Assembly: GCA_964106645.2 (NCBI GenBank) | Contig: OZ067047.1 | Length of the DNA stretch: 64,000 nt | Source of the DNA: Podarcis pityusensis | Taxonomy: Eukaryota | Direction: 5' to 3' (one strand) | Shown: piece after piece, positions 53,101 to 64,000 of the stretch | Layout of the letters: each line of letters begins with the position of its first letter | How positions within the stretch are numbered: position 1 is the first letter of the stretch | Position numbers and translations under genes: made by a program | The notes under the pieces: model-generated | The model's database searches: none | What the model saw: the letters and a program-made list of their open reading frames with translations, nothing else | What the model was told of the DNA's origin: nothing

Positions 53101-56100
53101 CGTGCTTTCTCTCTTCCCCTTATAATGTAGAATATGGCGCATCCTTGTGATGAAGTCATGTGGACCCCTGTTCCTTACTGCACTCACTAACTCTCTGCTT
53201 CCTACAAGGTGGTTTTATTTTTACTGCCACAGTTCTGTTTAATTTTTTACATCAATATCCTGCTTTCCTTCCATCTTGGAACCCAAAGTGCCATACATGT
53301 AGTTTCTGGGCAGACAGCCATCCAGGTATAGATCAGAGCCAGATCTGCTTAGCTTTAGCAAGGTGCCTTCAGACCACACACCGGGGCAATAGTTGCAAAA
53401 GAACCCAAGGCAAAAAGCAAGAGTTTCTCAGGAAGGTAAACTGCCAGGTTCCAGATTCTGTCTAGTGGGGAGTTTATGCAAAGGCTTGATACTCTTTGTC
53501 TGAGCATGTAATAGCACACACAGCATATTTTCTCCAGCTCAACATTTGAGACCGCTATATTGATACCTACTTGCATATGAAGTTTACTGGGCCAGTCACA
53601 CACACTCTCTGTCCCAGCTTACTTTATAGAGTAGTTGTGGATATTGTCAATACACACCAACCTTCTAGGATGAATGTCTAAATAAAAAGGTAATCTGCTG
53701 GGTGAGGTATTGTGGATTTGAACCAGACACTTTGGGGAGAATTGGATAACGAAGAAAAGGTAGGGCAGGGCCATTGTACCTTTAAGAAAACCTTCCTACC
53801 TGCAGAATGACTCGTGGAGACTGGGAGTGGTACCACAGGGGGATCCCAAAGAGACTAAGCAATGCAGTCTTGGTCTCGTAGGTTTCTGAGCACCGGGTGC
53901 TGATAACACTGGCCCCTGCAGTTAAAAAGATATGGGTGAAGGAGAGACACATTGTTTTGTCCTCTGCTCAAAGCAGTAAGAGAGCTCATGCAGACAGCTG
54001 ATAAATCTAAGAGATTTGAACGCTCCCTTTAACATTCCCCACTCCAACAATAAGATATTCCCAAACTGCAGCTGGGTTATTCAGTGCATATTTGCATGCA
54101 TTATTCTGAATAGGCAATTTGGGGTTTAGGGACTTTTCTTGGGAGAGGGCAGAAGCTGAATCTTGTGGGAGAGACTGAAGAGACAAAAATTGCTGAAATT
54201 TGAGAAACAAATAGGTGTGGATATGCAGAAAAACCTTTCTGGTTTTTCAGTTAATAACAGAAACTGGCAACAAAGTTTTGGGTTATTCTTTGCCACCATG
54301 AGGGCAAGAAGCATGATTGTTGTTGTTGTTGTTTTTAATGTGAAATAGAATATTCTCAGACAATTCCTTCGTGCAGCAGTTTGACCAGTAATCAACAACA
54401 TGCCAATTCTAGCTCACGGGCCACCTTTCTTGACAGCTATCAGGACAGAAAGACCAGCCTAGCCAGAGTTTGCATACCTGCAGATTCAAGAGCATAATCA
54501 ACCATTCCAATGCGATCGTCGCTGTAGCGCTTCAGGGCCCGGTTGACAATGTGGTGAACTTGCTGAAACAAGACAAAGGGAATGAATGTAAGGCGGGAAC
54601 TCAGGATTCCAAAACTTATTTTCTAGTTTTGTTCTATTCTGTTAGGCTAGAGGTAAACCGTGCAAATGGCAAGGCTACCTGAGGAATTAAGGTATAGCTC
54701 TGCTGGTGCAAATCCTGAGACCGGCTGCATATCAGTGGTGCATCAACAGACCACTAAGACATGAGACCTGCACTGTATGGACTGGTGGGACTGCTGTGCC
54801 AAAAATTTGCCTGGGAACATCATGCCACATTTTTACTCGGTTGAAGAGGCATAGGGTGATATTAAAAGTTAGTGTCCTTAATTTCAGTGAGTAGACCCAC
54901 TGAAATTAATGGACACAACTTAAGTCATATTTATTAGTTTCAGTGGGTCTATTCTGAGTGAACTTAGTTGCATATTACCCATAAATTGTGACTTAACCAT
55001 TCCTTCCTGCCTTACACACTACATTGTTAGTGACATCCTGAAAAATAAGGAACTGTCAAACCCTGCAGAGCAGATCGCTATTTTGCCAATAATTGATACT
55101 GCCTAGGATAAGAGTTGAGGCTTAATATCCAGCAGGCAAATATATTAGCAAAGTTAAGAGTTATTACTGTGTCAGGGAGCAAAGGGATGGCTGAGGGTGC
55201 CACCTAATGGATGGCTGCTGATATGCCACTCAAAATATTGCTTGCACTGTTGTCAAAGGTATAGAATCAATCGTAGAGCTGGAACAGATCGCAAGGGACA
55301 TCAAGTCCAGCTCCCGGCAATGCAGGAATCTCAACTAAAGCATCCATGACAATTGGCCATCCAACCTCTGCTTAAAAACCTCCAAGGAAGAAGAGTCCAC
55401 CACCTTCTGAAGGAGACCATTTCACTGTCGAATAGCTCTCACTGTTAGAAAGTTTTTCTGTACGTTTAGTTGGATTCTCCTTTCTTGTAACTTTAAGCCA
55501 TTGGTTTGAGTCCTACCCTCCAGAGCAGGAGAAAACAAGCTTGTTCCCTCTTCCATGTGACAGCCCTTGAGATATTTGAAGGTGGCTATTGTATCTCCTC
55601 TCAGTCTCTTCTTTTCCAAGGTAAACATACACAGCTCCTTCAACCACTCCTCATAAGGCTTCGTTTCCAGACCCTTGATCATCTTGGTTGCCCTCCTCTG
55701 CACACCTTCCAGCTTGTCAACATCCTACTTAAATTGTGGTGCCCAGAATTGGACACAGTATTCCAGGTGTGGTCTGATCAAGGCAGAATAGTACTAGAAC
55801 TTCCCTTGATCTGGACACTATACTTCTGTTGATGTAGCCTGGAATAGCATTAGCTATTAATTCTCACAGACTGAGAATTAAGAACAGGATGCCACTGAGC
55901 ACGTGTTCAGTCTAGGACAAAAATTCACTCCTAGTTTCCCACAAAGCTTTCTTCATTTCTTCAGCCAAATTTAGTGGGGGTGAGGTACCCTTTTCATTGT
56001 TGCTCCTCAATATTACTTTCACATTCCAGACCTCTAAATACACACACACAAAAGTAACATTCTACATCACCATCTTAGCATCATTCTTGGAAATGCCTTT

Positions 56101-59100
56101 GTGAGGAACCACTTCAGCCAATTGGTAAGCGAATTCTCACCTCTTCCGTTACTCCTATGACGCCCTCCCTTTGGAGTACCACCCCGACATCTCGCGCAGA
56201 GAGCCGCTGGTCCTCAGAGACTTTGGCAAGGATCTTCTGCTCCAGGTTGAGGAGCTGTTCCTCTAATTCTTCACGATGGAGAAACAGACTGCCTGTCCCG
56301 TCCCTTTTAGCCTGGGATAGGAATCGGCTGAGCCACATTGGAAACTGTATTTCCACCTGAAAGCCAACAAAGAGAAGAACAGGTTTCATAAACACTTTTC
56401 CTCCTGTGAATTGCAGACCTTCTATGGAGAGAACGTAAATAGATTACTGAGAACAAGCAACAGCTGCCCTGGGCTCCCTTGGGAGGAAAGAGGGGTATAC
56501 ATTTGTTAAATAACAGCAACAGCAGTGCTTCCACCTTGGAAGATTTGATCTAAGGGGCATGATGGGTGGGGCAGAGATACTTAACAAAAATGTTTGTAGC
56601 TTTTCATCTTTTGACATCTTTTAATTTTGACATTTTGCTGATCCGTGGGCTGGACACTGACCTTTCCCACCCCCTGCAGGCCACTTTGTCAGATATGTGG
56701 GGCTGCCTACCTGTCATTTACCTGATGTCATTGTGACAACAGGCGACAAATTTAAAAAATATTTGGAATGCATTTGTCGAAACCATAGTGACACATGAAT
56801 CAACATATACTTGAGGGAAACAATAAGCTTATATAGTTTTGTAATCTTAATTATATTGTATGCTTATTTTGTTTCTGCTGCTTTCCTCTGCTTTTAAAAA
56901 TGTTTCTGATGTATCCTCTCCTTTTTCTATTCTTTTTTAATTGTTTATTTACTTTAATTTACTATAATAATATCAATAAAATATAAATAAATTTATTTAT
57001 ATCAGCGTCCATCAGTAATGCACTTTAATCTCCAGACTGTTCCTTTGCAGCCATGTTCTTACCTGCCACACATATGACACACCTCAGATGTCAGGGGAGG
57101 TTAAGTGTGGTTTGGGGAAAACAGCCTTGCAGGAAAAATTAGGACGTCCGACAGACTTAATTTGGCCCTGAGGCTCTCCATGCCTGGCTCATGTCTACTC
57201 CTACATAGAAAGGAGCAGACCTCCAGTTCCCTGGCTATACTACACTAGAAATAAAAGCTTTCCAAGAAAGGCTTAGCTATGAAGGTCACTGGGAGACCTT
57301 GGACTGGAATAACAGGTTTATTGCAAGACTTAAAATGCAGAGATGAGAAACCATGTATATCAGCCTGAGCTGGAGGAAAGGTGTTAAATAAATGATATAT
57401 AAAATAAAATGAACTTACATCTTCCCGCATTTCCTTGATCTGTCCTGGCAAAGAATCCACGTGTTTTGACAACCTTTTCTGATCCGAGGCCAAGACCACA
57501 AATTCTTTTTTCAGGCCTGTCAGTTGCGCTTCCAGCCTTTCCATCTCCTTTTGGAAATTACCCATCAGACCTTCTTGTGTAGAGCTTCAAAAGCAAAATG
57601 AAAATTCAGGTGCTTCAGAGTCAGTGGTATCTTTAATTACCTCCACTAAAAATGTTCTACAAAAACTATGTTTGGCTGTGAAGATCAGTCAACAGCCACC
57701 CCATGAAAATTAACCCATACCAGACAGCCTAATCCAAGCTATGTACCACACCATACATTTAAAGCACATTCAATGTATATTTAAAGCACATGCATTTCAT
57801 CAAAGAAGCCTGGGAACTGTAGCTTAAGGGTGCTGCGAACTGTAGCTCTACAAGGTGGTGAAACTTTTGGACTTTTGGAGAAAGTTGTGCTTTAAATGTG
57901 TGTGAATGTGATTTAAATGGTGTGGATCTGCTCTGATTTCCAATATGTCTTGTTTGCTGTTGAGCTCCTGGATGTCTCTTTGTGAGACTGTGGCTGCAGA
58001 GAGGGATAGAAAAAATCAAATGAATAGGTAAGATGTTCTGAATGTAGGTAATAGGGCAGCAAGTGACTATGCCTCTTTTTAAGTACTTGCCATCAAAAAA
58101 TAGCACATAGTTCCTACTTGATCTTTGACTGCAACAGGACTTAAGAAAAAGCACTTTCTTAAAAGCACAATGGTGCAAACTGCAAATGAATTAAAAACAA
58201 TGATGTGCAACCCCCCCTCCAATCTCCTAAAACCATATTTCAGCCACTAATTACAGGTTTCTGGGCCAAACAATCAGGTTTGACTTGTAATATAAGCAAG
58301 TATTACAAGCACTGAACATGCATCTTACCAGCTCATTATATGTCAGCATCACTACTTAAAAGGTGATAAATTGTATGAACAGCATTGACAGAAATTCTCA
58401 GGTTATTCATGCACCCTGTTATTCCAAGAATACATAAGTTTCACTTTCAAGTTAAGAACAATGTCACTTTAAACACAATTCTCTCAGGTTACATGCATTC
58501 CCGGCCCTCCTGCTATTGTAAGACAGAAACTGCCATAGCAGACAACTCTTTCTTGAGGATGCTCAAATTACCTTTGCCACTGTGAAGTCATTTGGAGCAT
58601 CCGAGTTTCTGTCTCCTGTGGGAGAAACAGGACACAGGTCAGGAAATAGAAACAAAGCAGAATAAAATCCATTGCTTGTGCAGCACCGTGTGTGTATCTA
58701 GAACTGGAGGAGCACAACATGCAACAGCAAGGGATGGATGGATGAATCATAACAGAATTTGGACCATTCACTACTACTTTTTCCACTTCTCAGTAGGTGA
58801 GCAGGGGTTAAAGCCATCTGCAAAAGTGCTCTTTGAAGAAGCGCCACGCTTCTCATTTGAGTGAGTGAGCAGGCAGGCAGTAGGATAGAGCAGAAAGGAG
58901 CCTCCTCTCTCCAACTCACCACCGGCTACATAGGGGAGAAGCAAGAGGCTGCTTCAAAGACTGCTTTTGCAAAGTGCTTCAAGACAGACCTTCCTCACCC
59001 CCTGCACTTCTGTTTCAGCCTCTGGAGAGAACAGGATGTACAGCCAATGCAGGACTAAGCCTTGTCCTTCTGCCCATCAGCTGACTTCATGCTCCCCCAC

Positions 59101-61126
59101 TGAGTTAGGGCCCCCCCCCAGAAGTTTGGCTTGCATGTCTCATTTAATTAAATAGAGCTAAGCACATGCTTAAACCTCCCCCCCCTTAAATTAGTGGGAG
59201 ATGTGCTTAAGATCAGCTGCATCACACCTAGTAATGTTTCAAGATGCAGTGAAACAGAATTGAAATAATCAATGTAAAGGTTATACATATTTTACTCAAA
59301 AGTGAAAACTGTAAATATTCTATTTGGATTAAAAATGGGAAAACCACATTACAACTACAAGAGCTGTTAAGACAGTGGTTTCAGCTACATGTAACAAGAA
59401 ACCATGGTTTAGCGCAACATGAAAAAGTTCCAGGAAGTTCAAGCACAGGTTCAGGCACTTCCTCCTCCTGTGCAGTCAGGAGGACGACTTCTGGGAAGGA
59501 CCACAGCTCAGACACAGAGCAGCTGCTTAGCATGAAGAGGATCCCAGCTTCAGTCTCTATCATCCCCCAATAGGGATGGAAGAGACCCCTTGTCTGAAAC
59601 TCTGGAGAGCTACTGCTAGTGTTGACAGCACTGAGCTAGATTGGGCAACTGTCTGACTTGGTATGGGCAGCCACCTGTTATTCTGCAGAGTAATTTCAAT
59701 TTCAAAGAAATGTCATCTTGTTGTGTTGTATGAGCAAGGATTCTTGGCTTACACCAAACTCTAGTGAATGTCACAAGAAACTATCAAGAAGCTTCAAACC
59801 ATGGTTTTTGAAGCTGGCTTGTTTAACCAACCAGGAATTGTGTTAACCCAGGATCCTTGCTTCTTATGATACAACAAGCCAATATTCTTTGAAAGTGAAT
59901 GCAGGTGGTATGACAACCTTCCCTACACACTGCATCCTTAAAATATGAAATCAAGTTTTACCTCTGAAGCCTGGGATACTTTCTTCAAGAGACTGTCAAA
60001 ATCCTTCCGTAGCTGGGATCGAAAAGCATCCAACTCATTCTGTAGGGAGACAAGAGAAGTAGTATATAGCTTTAAAAACAAGCACAAGTTTGATAACTGA
60101 TTAATAGTTTGGTTTTGAACTGGTTAATCGAACAAACCAATGAACCAAAATATTGACATTGCAAAACTGCAATTAAAGCTCCAGCAAGTAATTTTTGTGC
60201 CATTACTTACAGATAAATTGCGTAACAATCTGTTTTTTCAAGCATTTGCCCTCTATGTTGTTGTTCTGCTAGAAAGCTCCCCTTAAGATCCCACTTGTTG
60301 ATGCTGTTTGCTGCAAACAGCAGCTTCAGGAGATCATTTTTAGGTGGAAAAAATGGTGCAGAGGAAAGGCTTGACCCTTCTCCCATCCCATGATCCAGAT
60401 CAAGACTGAGCAAACTGCAACTGCTATTTTAAAGCAAGGGTAGGGAGCAACATGCAGAAGGAAGACATGTTTAATGTCAATGTCAGGGTTGCCCCTGAGT
60501 GAGTGCCCTAGAGCCATTTCTCAGAAACCTCTGAAAAACAAGGATTGCAGACAAGTTAAATGGTTTCCTGAAGCAAGAGCGTTGCAGGGTTTCATCAGGA
60601 AGCTACAGGACATGCACTGATTGGAAACAAAGTAGTATGTCCACTCCAAAACTTTTGCAGGCCCAAGCAACATAGAAAGTGAGATTGTGTATAACCACCC
60701 CGATACCATGAGCACAAATCGTCATGAATGCAAAAAGGGGATCCAGACTCTGCTCATACCCAAATTTGAGGAGTGTTCACAACTGGAAATTAAGCAATTA
60801 TGTGCACAAGTCAACATGCTTGCAGCCCTACAGTCAATTCTCCCCCTTGATTCCAAAATGTCACCTTCATTCTCTGCTGCTGCCCTACCTGGAGGTGAAG
60901 GTCTGACTCTGCACGGAACTCCTCTCTCAAGATGGTTTCTCGTCGTCTCACCAGCCCATCCAGAAGTGACAGGGTATCGTCATGAGACAGAGCTGCCCCT
61001 TCCACTGTCTTTTCCCCTCTTTGCAGTTCCAGCACTGAAACTGCACCTTCCAGGCTCTCAAGATGTCTCTCCAGTGCCTGAAGCCGAGACAAAACCTGCT
61101 GCTGTCCCTTTTAAATCCAGGGCAGG

Positions 61127-61169
<43 letters not shown>

Positions 61170-63150
61170 CTATATAAGGATACTATCACCATAATTTATT
61201 AGAAAGAATCTAAAACGAATCATGTAAAATGCTCTCTGCACCCCTGACAAACTGCAGCTCCCAGAATTATTTCCTTTAAATGTATGCTGAAAATGTATCC
61301 TAGGCTTCAGATACAACAAGGCTCTTTCTTTGTTCCTGGAATAATACAGTTGGAAGGGACCATAAGCATCATCTCTTCCAACCCCCTGCAATGTGGGAAT
61401 CTTTTGCCCAAAGTTTGGCTTGAACCCACAACCATGAGATTAAGAGTCTCATGCTCTACTGACTGAGCTACCCCTTGGATTCTTAACCCACCATAAAAAA
61501 GATAAAGTACCCCTGACAGTTAAGTGCAGTTAACGACTCTGGGGTTGTGGTGCTCATCTCACTTTACTGGCCAAGGGAACAGACGTTTATCCGCAGACAG
61601 TTTTTCTGGGTCATGTGGCCAGCATGACTAAGCTGCTTCTGGTGAAACCAGAGCAGCGCATGGAAACACCATTTACCTTCCTGCCAGAGAAGGTATTTAT
61701 CTACTTTCACTTTTTTGGCATGCTTTTGAACTGCTAGGTTGGCAGGAGCTAGGACCAAACAACAGGAGCTCACCCCGTCATGGGGATTCGAACCGCGACC
61801 TTCCGGTTGGCAAGCCCTAGGCTTAGTGGTTTAGACCACAGCGCCACCCACCATAGTTCCCATTAGAATTTTATGACCATCTTAACCCCAGGTTACAGCT
61901 CAGAAGCAGCTAACAGCAAAGTATATGGCTCTGCATGAATCCACCTATGTTTACAAGAATATAATTATATCCCTGTGAAGCAAAGAGGGAACTCCCTAGC
62001 TCAGCTGAGCCTGAGGGGTGAGCAGAAATGTTGCAGGGTGTCTCCTACTCATGAACCTCTGAGATCCACATAGTACTCACCTCTGAGAATGCAACAAAAT
62101 CTCTTGCTTCATCTCCCTTTTTGGTAACAGGAGAAGACAGCTTCATAGATCCCCAAGAAAACACAGATGGGTGGAGTCCGAAGGGGTAAAAATACCAGGC
62201 ACCTAAATGTGATTAGTGAGGAGAGTTCAGTTACACCTGGGTTTATCCGATGGGTCTTTACCCGGCTATTCTGTCAAAGCAGATGTCCAGTCTGACTTAC
62301 AAAAATCTAGTTAAATATAAACTTCAGCGTATACACCAATATTCAAATGAGGGTTTACATGGGTAGGCTGATTTATACAACTCAACCTCATAACACCAGA
62401 ATATACGGCCACTCAATGAAACGGATTGGCACCACAGTCAGCTCAGGATGGACAGAAGGAAGAACTTCACACAAATTAATTTGGGGAATTCACCATAAGA
62501 TGTGGGAATGGACACCAGTTTTGGAAGCAGTCATGGTTCTTCTAGCTCAACGCTGCCTCCCATGGCAAACCAGTCCTTGCCAGCCCCAGCCAGCATGGCC
62601 AATGCTCAGGGATGGGGGAAGTTATAGTTCAGTAGCATCTAGAGAGCCCTAACTCTGGCCTTCCCCCACCTGTCCTGGAGATGCCGGTGGCTGAACCTGA
62701 GACCTTCTGAATGCAAAACATGTGGACCTCTACTGAGCTACAGCCTCTCCCCAGAAGGGGAATTTTAAAAAAATTAAGAGATCAGACAGAATTTTGGAGG
62801 ATATTACTAACAAGAACTACCAGCAGAGGTAGCAAAATTGGAACCTCAGTGTTCAGATGCAGGCAGATAAAACACAGGGACTAATAACTGCCATCTGCTA
62901 ACTTCCAGAGGCATCTGGTTGGCTGCTTCAGGAGGAGGAATGGTGGGTGGTCTGATCCTGCAAAGCAGTCCTTATTACACTACAGTTCTCCCCTTCCTGA
63001 AAGGAAGTTGGTGAATAACTAATCATTAAGCAGCACTTATTGATGGGCAGGAGGACCTTGACAGCAATATGGAACTCACCATAGCCAATGGCAGTCAGGA
63101 GCAGCAACAGGAGCAGCAGCAACAGGAGTTTCTTCAGGATTGGATAGCTC
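49991..63150 (-). CDS. SUN2: SUN domain-containing protein 2, 5'-partial (12 exons, about 497 aa in window); complement(join(49991-50107,51058-51150,52535-52702,53800-53915,54478-54562,56141-56356,57419-57584,58572-58615,59962-60039,60889-61107,62081-62202,63080-63150))
   Basis: TM segment + GAWYFYP, coiled coils, SUN domain DYALES-GASVISTRCSETYETKTALLSLFGIPLWYHSQSPRVILQPDVHPGNCWAF...NWGHPEYTCIYRFRVHG; tail-to-tail with GTPBP1. Confidence 0.96.
50790..50972 (+). mobile_element. Squamate tRNA-derived SINE, family name uncertain (partial copies at about 59570-59678 on + and 62665-62752 on -)
   Basis: AGCATTTGCATGCA..GGTCCCAGGCTCAATC..CCTGAAACCCTGGAGA..GTGTAGACAATACTGAACTAGATGGACC..GCTTCCTA recurs in the window. 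Confidence 0.7.
51058..51150 (-). CDS. SUN2: SUN2 exon (SUN domain)
   Basis: GLTEEGQQEGTLLGQFTYSQDGDPIQTFHLQ. Confidence 0.95.
52535..52702 (-). CDS. SUN2: SUN2 exon (SUN domain)
   Basis: PDVHPGNCWAFQGSQGFAVIRLSSNIRPTAVTLEHISKALSPKGTIPSAPKDFAVY. Confidence 0.95.
53800..53915 (-). CDS. SUN2: SUN2 exon (KASH-lid)
   Basis: GASVISTRCSETYETKTALLSLFGIPLWYHSQSPRVILQ. Confidence 0.96.
54478..54562 (-). CDS. SUN2: SUN2 exon
   Basis: QVHHIVNRALKRYSDDRIGMVDYALESA. Confidence 0.95.
55260..55856 (-). mobile_element. 5'-truncated CR1 LINE (ORF2 C-terminus + 3' UTR)
   Basis: QRRATKMIKGLETKPYEEWLKELCMFTLEKKRLRGD peptide is typical of CR1 ORF2; ends in ATTCTAT. Confidence 0.92.
56141..56356 (-). CDS. SUN2: SUN2 exon
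   Basis: VEIQFPMWLSRFL...LQREGVIGVTEE. Confidence 0.94.
57419..57584 (-). CDS. SUN2: SUN2 exon (coiled coil)
   Basis: STQEGLMGNFQKEMERLEAQLTGLKKE...EMRED. Confidence 0.92.
57755..57930. mobile_element. Palindromic MITE of the TGGGAACTGTAGT / ACTACAGTTCCCA family (also about 51575-51690 and 52165-52250)
   Basis: CACACCATACATTTAAAGCAC ... GTGCTTTAAATGTG..TGGTGTGG inverted ends. Confidence 0.55.
58572..58615 (-). CDS. SUN2: SUN2 44-nt exon
   Basis: CCACAG|ETETRMLQMTSQWQ(S)|GTAATT; phases fit both neighbours. Confidence 0.88.
59962..60039 (-). CDS. SUN2: SUN2 exon
   Basis: NELDAFRSQLRKDFDSLLKKVSQASE. Confidence 0.9.
60889..61107 (-). CDS. SUN2: SUN2 exon
   Basis: GQQQVLSRLQALERHLE...LSHDDTLSLLDGLVRRRE...LHLQ; exact acceptor ambiguous (tandem AGs). 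Confidence 0.88.
61129..61166. repeat. (GA)n microsatellite
   Basis: Read directly; forms the (TC)n pyrimidine tract of a SUN2 acceptor. Confidence 0.95.
61339..61475 (-). mobile_element. SINE with tRNA-Lys(CTT)-derived head and CR1-derived tail
   Basis: Minus strand TAGCTCAGTCAGTAGAGCATGAGACTCTTAATCTCATGGTTGTGGGTTCAAGCC.. then CATTGCAGGGGGTTGGAAGAGATGA..GGTCCCTTCCAACT. Confidence 0.85.
61495..61850 (-). mobile_element. Full-length Sauria SINE
   Basis: Diagnostic GGTCATGTGGCCAGCATGACTAAGC, TTTACCTTCC and GAACTGCTAGGTTGGCAGGAGCT blocks, with A/B-box head at the right end. Confidence 0.88.
62081..62202 (-). CDS. SUN2: SUN2 exon after the TM segment
   Basis: GAWYFYPFGLHPSVFSWG...DFVAFSE|GTGAGT. 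Confidence 0.92.
63080..63150 (-). CDS. SUN2: SUN2 transmembrane exon
   Basis: RSYPILKKLLLLLLLLLLLTAIGY|GTGAGT. Confidence 0.92.
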
Positions 63151-64000
63151 CTGGGCACCAAAGAGCAAGAGAGAAAGGGCGTGGATAAGATGCACTGGAA
63201 TTCCACAAAGGCAAAACTTGACAAAGAAGCGGAGCAGCCACTGTCTGTGGTCAATTTGCCCTTCCTCATAATGTCTACCATAAGGGTGGGAAAATCTTTT
63301 TGCAGCCTGAGAGCCACATTTCATTCTGGGCAACCTTCTGGGGGCCCCACATGCCAGTGGTGGACAGGGCAAAAGGCAAAAGCAGGGAAAACAATAGATT
63401 TACCTTTGTACAATGTGCTAAGTTTCTACATACGTACTGCCACAACCCTCTCTAACCTCCATCCAGGGAAGCAAGAGGCATTATCCAAGTACCGGGGTGC
63501 AAAGTAGAGAGAGTGAGGGGTGTGGCCTGGGAGAGCTCTGAGGGCCACACAGTGAAGCACAGAGGGGCACATTCAGACCCCAGGCCTGTGGTCCCCCACC
63601 CTTGGTCTACCACAATGCAACATGTAGCAAGTAATTATTGTACTGCCCCTCTCTGAGACTGAGATTACTAACCTCTGGACTACCACAACACAATGTGTCA
63701 GCCATCAGACTGTGGGCTTTCCCACTCCACAATGCAAAAGGAGACGGGGAAATGTGCAACATGACATCTTCGCACAACACTTTGTGCTATGGTTGCCATT
63801 AGTGAGAAGAGGAACCAAAGAGAGCTAGATGGTCAGCAGCAGTTGCAAGTCTCTTGCAACCTGTAGCTCCAATCTCAGCCCCAGATACTGGGTTGCATAT
63901 GGTGACCCCTTAGTTCACCTGTCCCCAACCTGTTGTCATTGTCCTCCCAATGCTGTTGGGACTCCAAACTCCCATCAGCCCCAGCCAGCATGGCCGACAG

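Noticed and set aside
55422-55703. 93-aa ORF as an independent gene
   Set aside because: It is the C-terminal remnant of CR1 ORF2 in a 5'-truncated LINE
61400-61475. Possible tRNA-Lys(CTT) gene
   Set aside because: Mutated 3' half fused to a CR1 tail; it is a SINE head

Overview
Vertebrate genomic DNA from a squamate reptile, probably a lizard. The taxon is inferred from a full-length Sauria SINE, tRNA-CR1 SINEs and squamate-type MITEs. The window holds a gene-dense block whose order and orientation match, from my recall, human 22q13.1: CBY1 (+, 4 coding exons, 126 aa), TOMM22 (+, 4 exons, 138 aa), JOSD1 (-, 4 coding exons, 202 aa), GTPBP1 (+, 12 coding exons, 669 aa) and the last 12 coding exons of SUN2 (-, 5' part beyond the window end). 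Two candidate exons of a divergent minus-strand gene at the left edge are probably FAM227A, judged by position only. All exon boundaries were read by hand: GT-AG introns with consistent phases. Most entries in the six-frame ORF track are spurious. The most notable non-standard observations are: (1) a 1.34 kb TA-flanked Tc2/pogo-type non-autonomous transposon in GTPBP1 intron 8, filled with an ordered array of 13 GC-rich hairpins that also carry decoy splice acceptors; (2) three uORFs chained by overlapping stop/start codons in the JOSD1 leader; (3) a candidate 42-nt in-frame cassette exon in GTPBP1 intron 11; (4) two SINEs with different tRNA heads (Ile, Lys) on the same CR1 tail, plus a matching CR1 copy; (5) a hAT element with an 8-bp TSD nested in a MITE; (6) a consensus antisense splice donor among six same-strand CCAAT boxes at the GTPBP1 promoter. 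I found no CRISPR array, rRNA or genuine tRNA gene, and no demonstrably new biological system; the findings are hypotheses to test.
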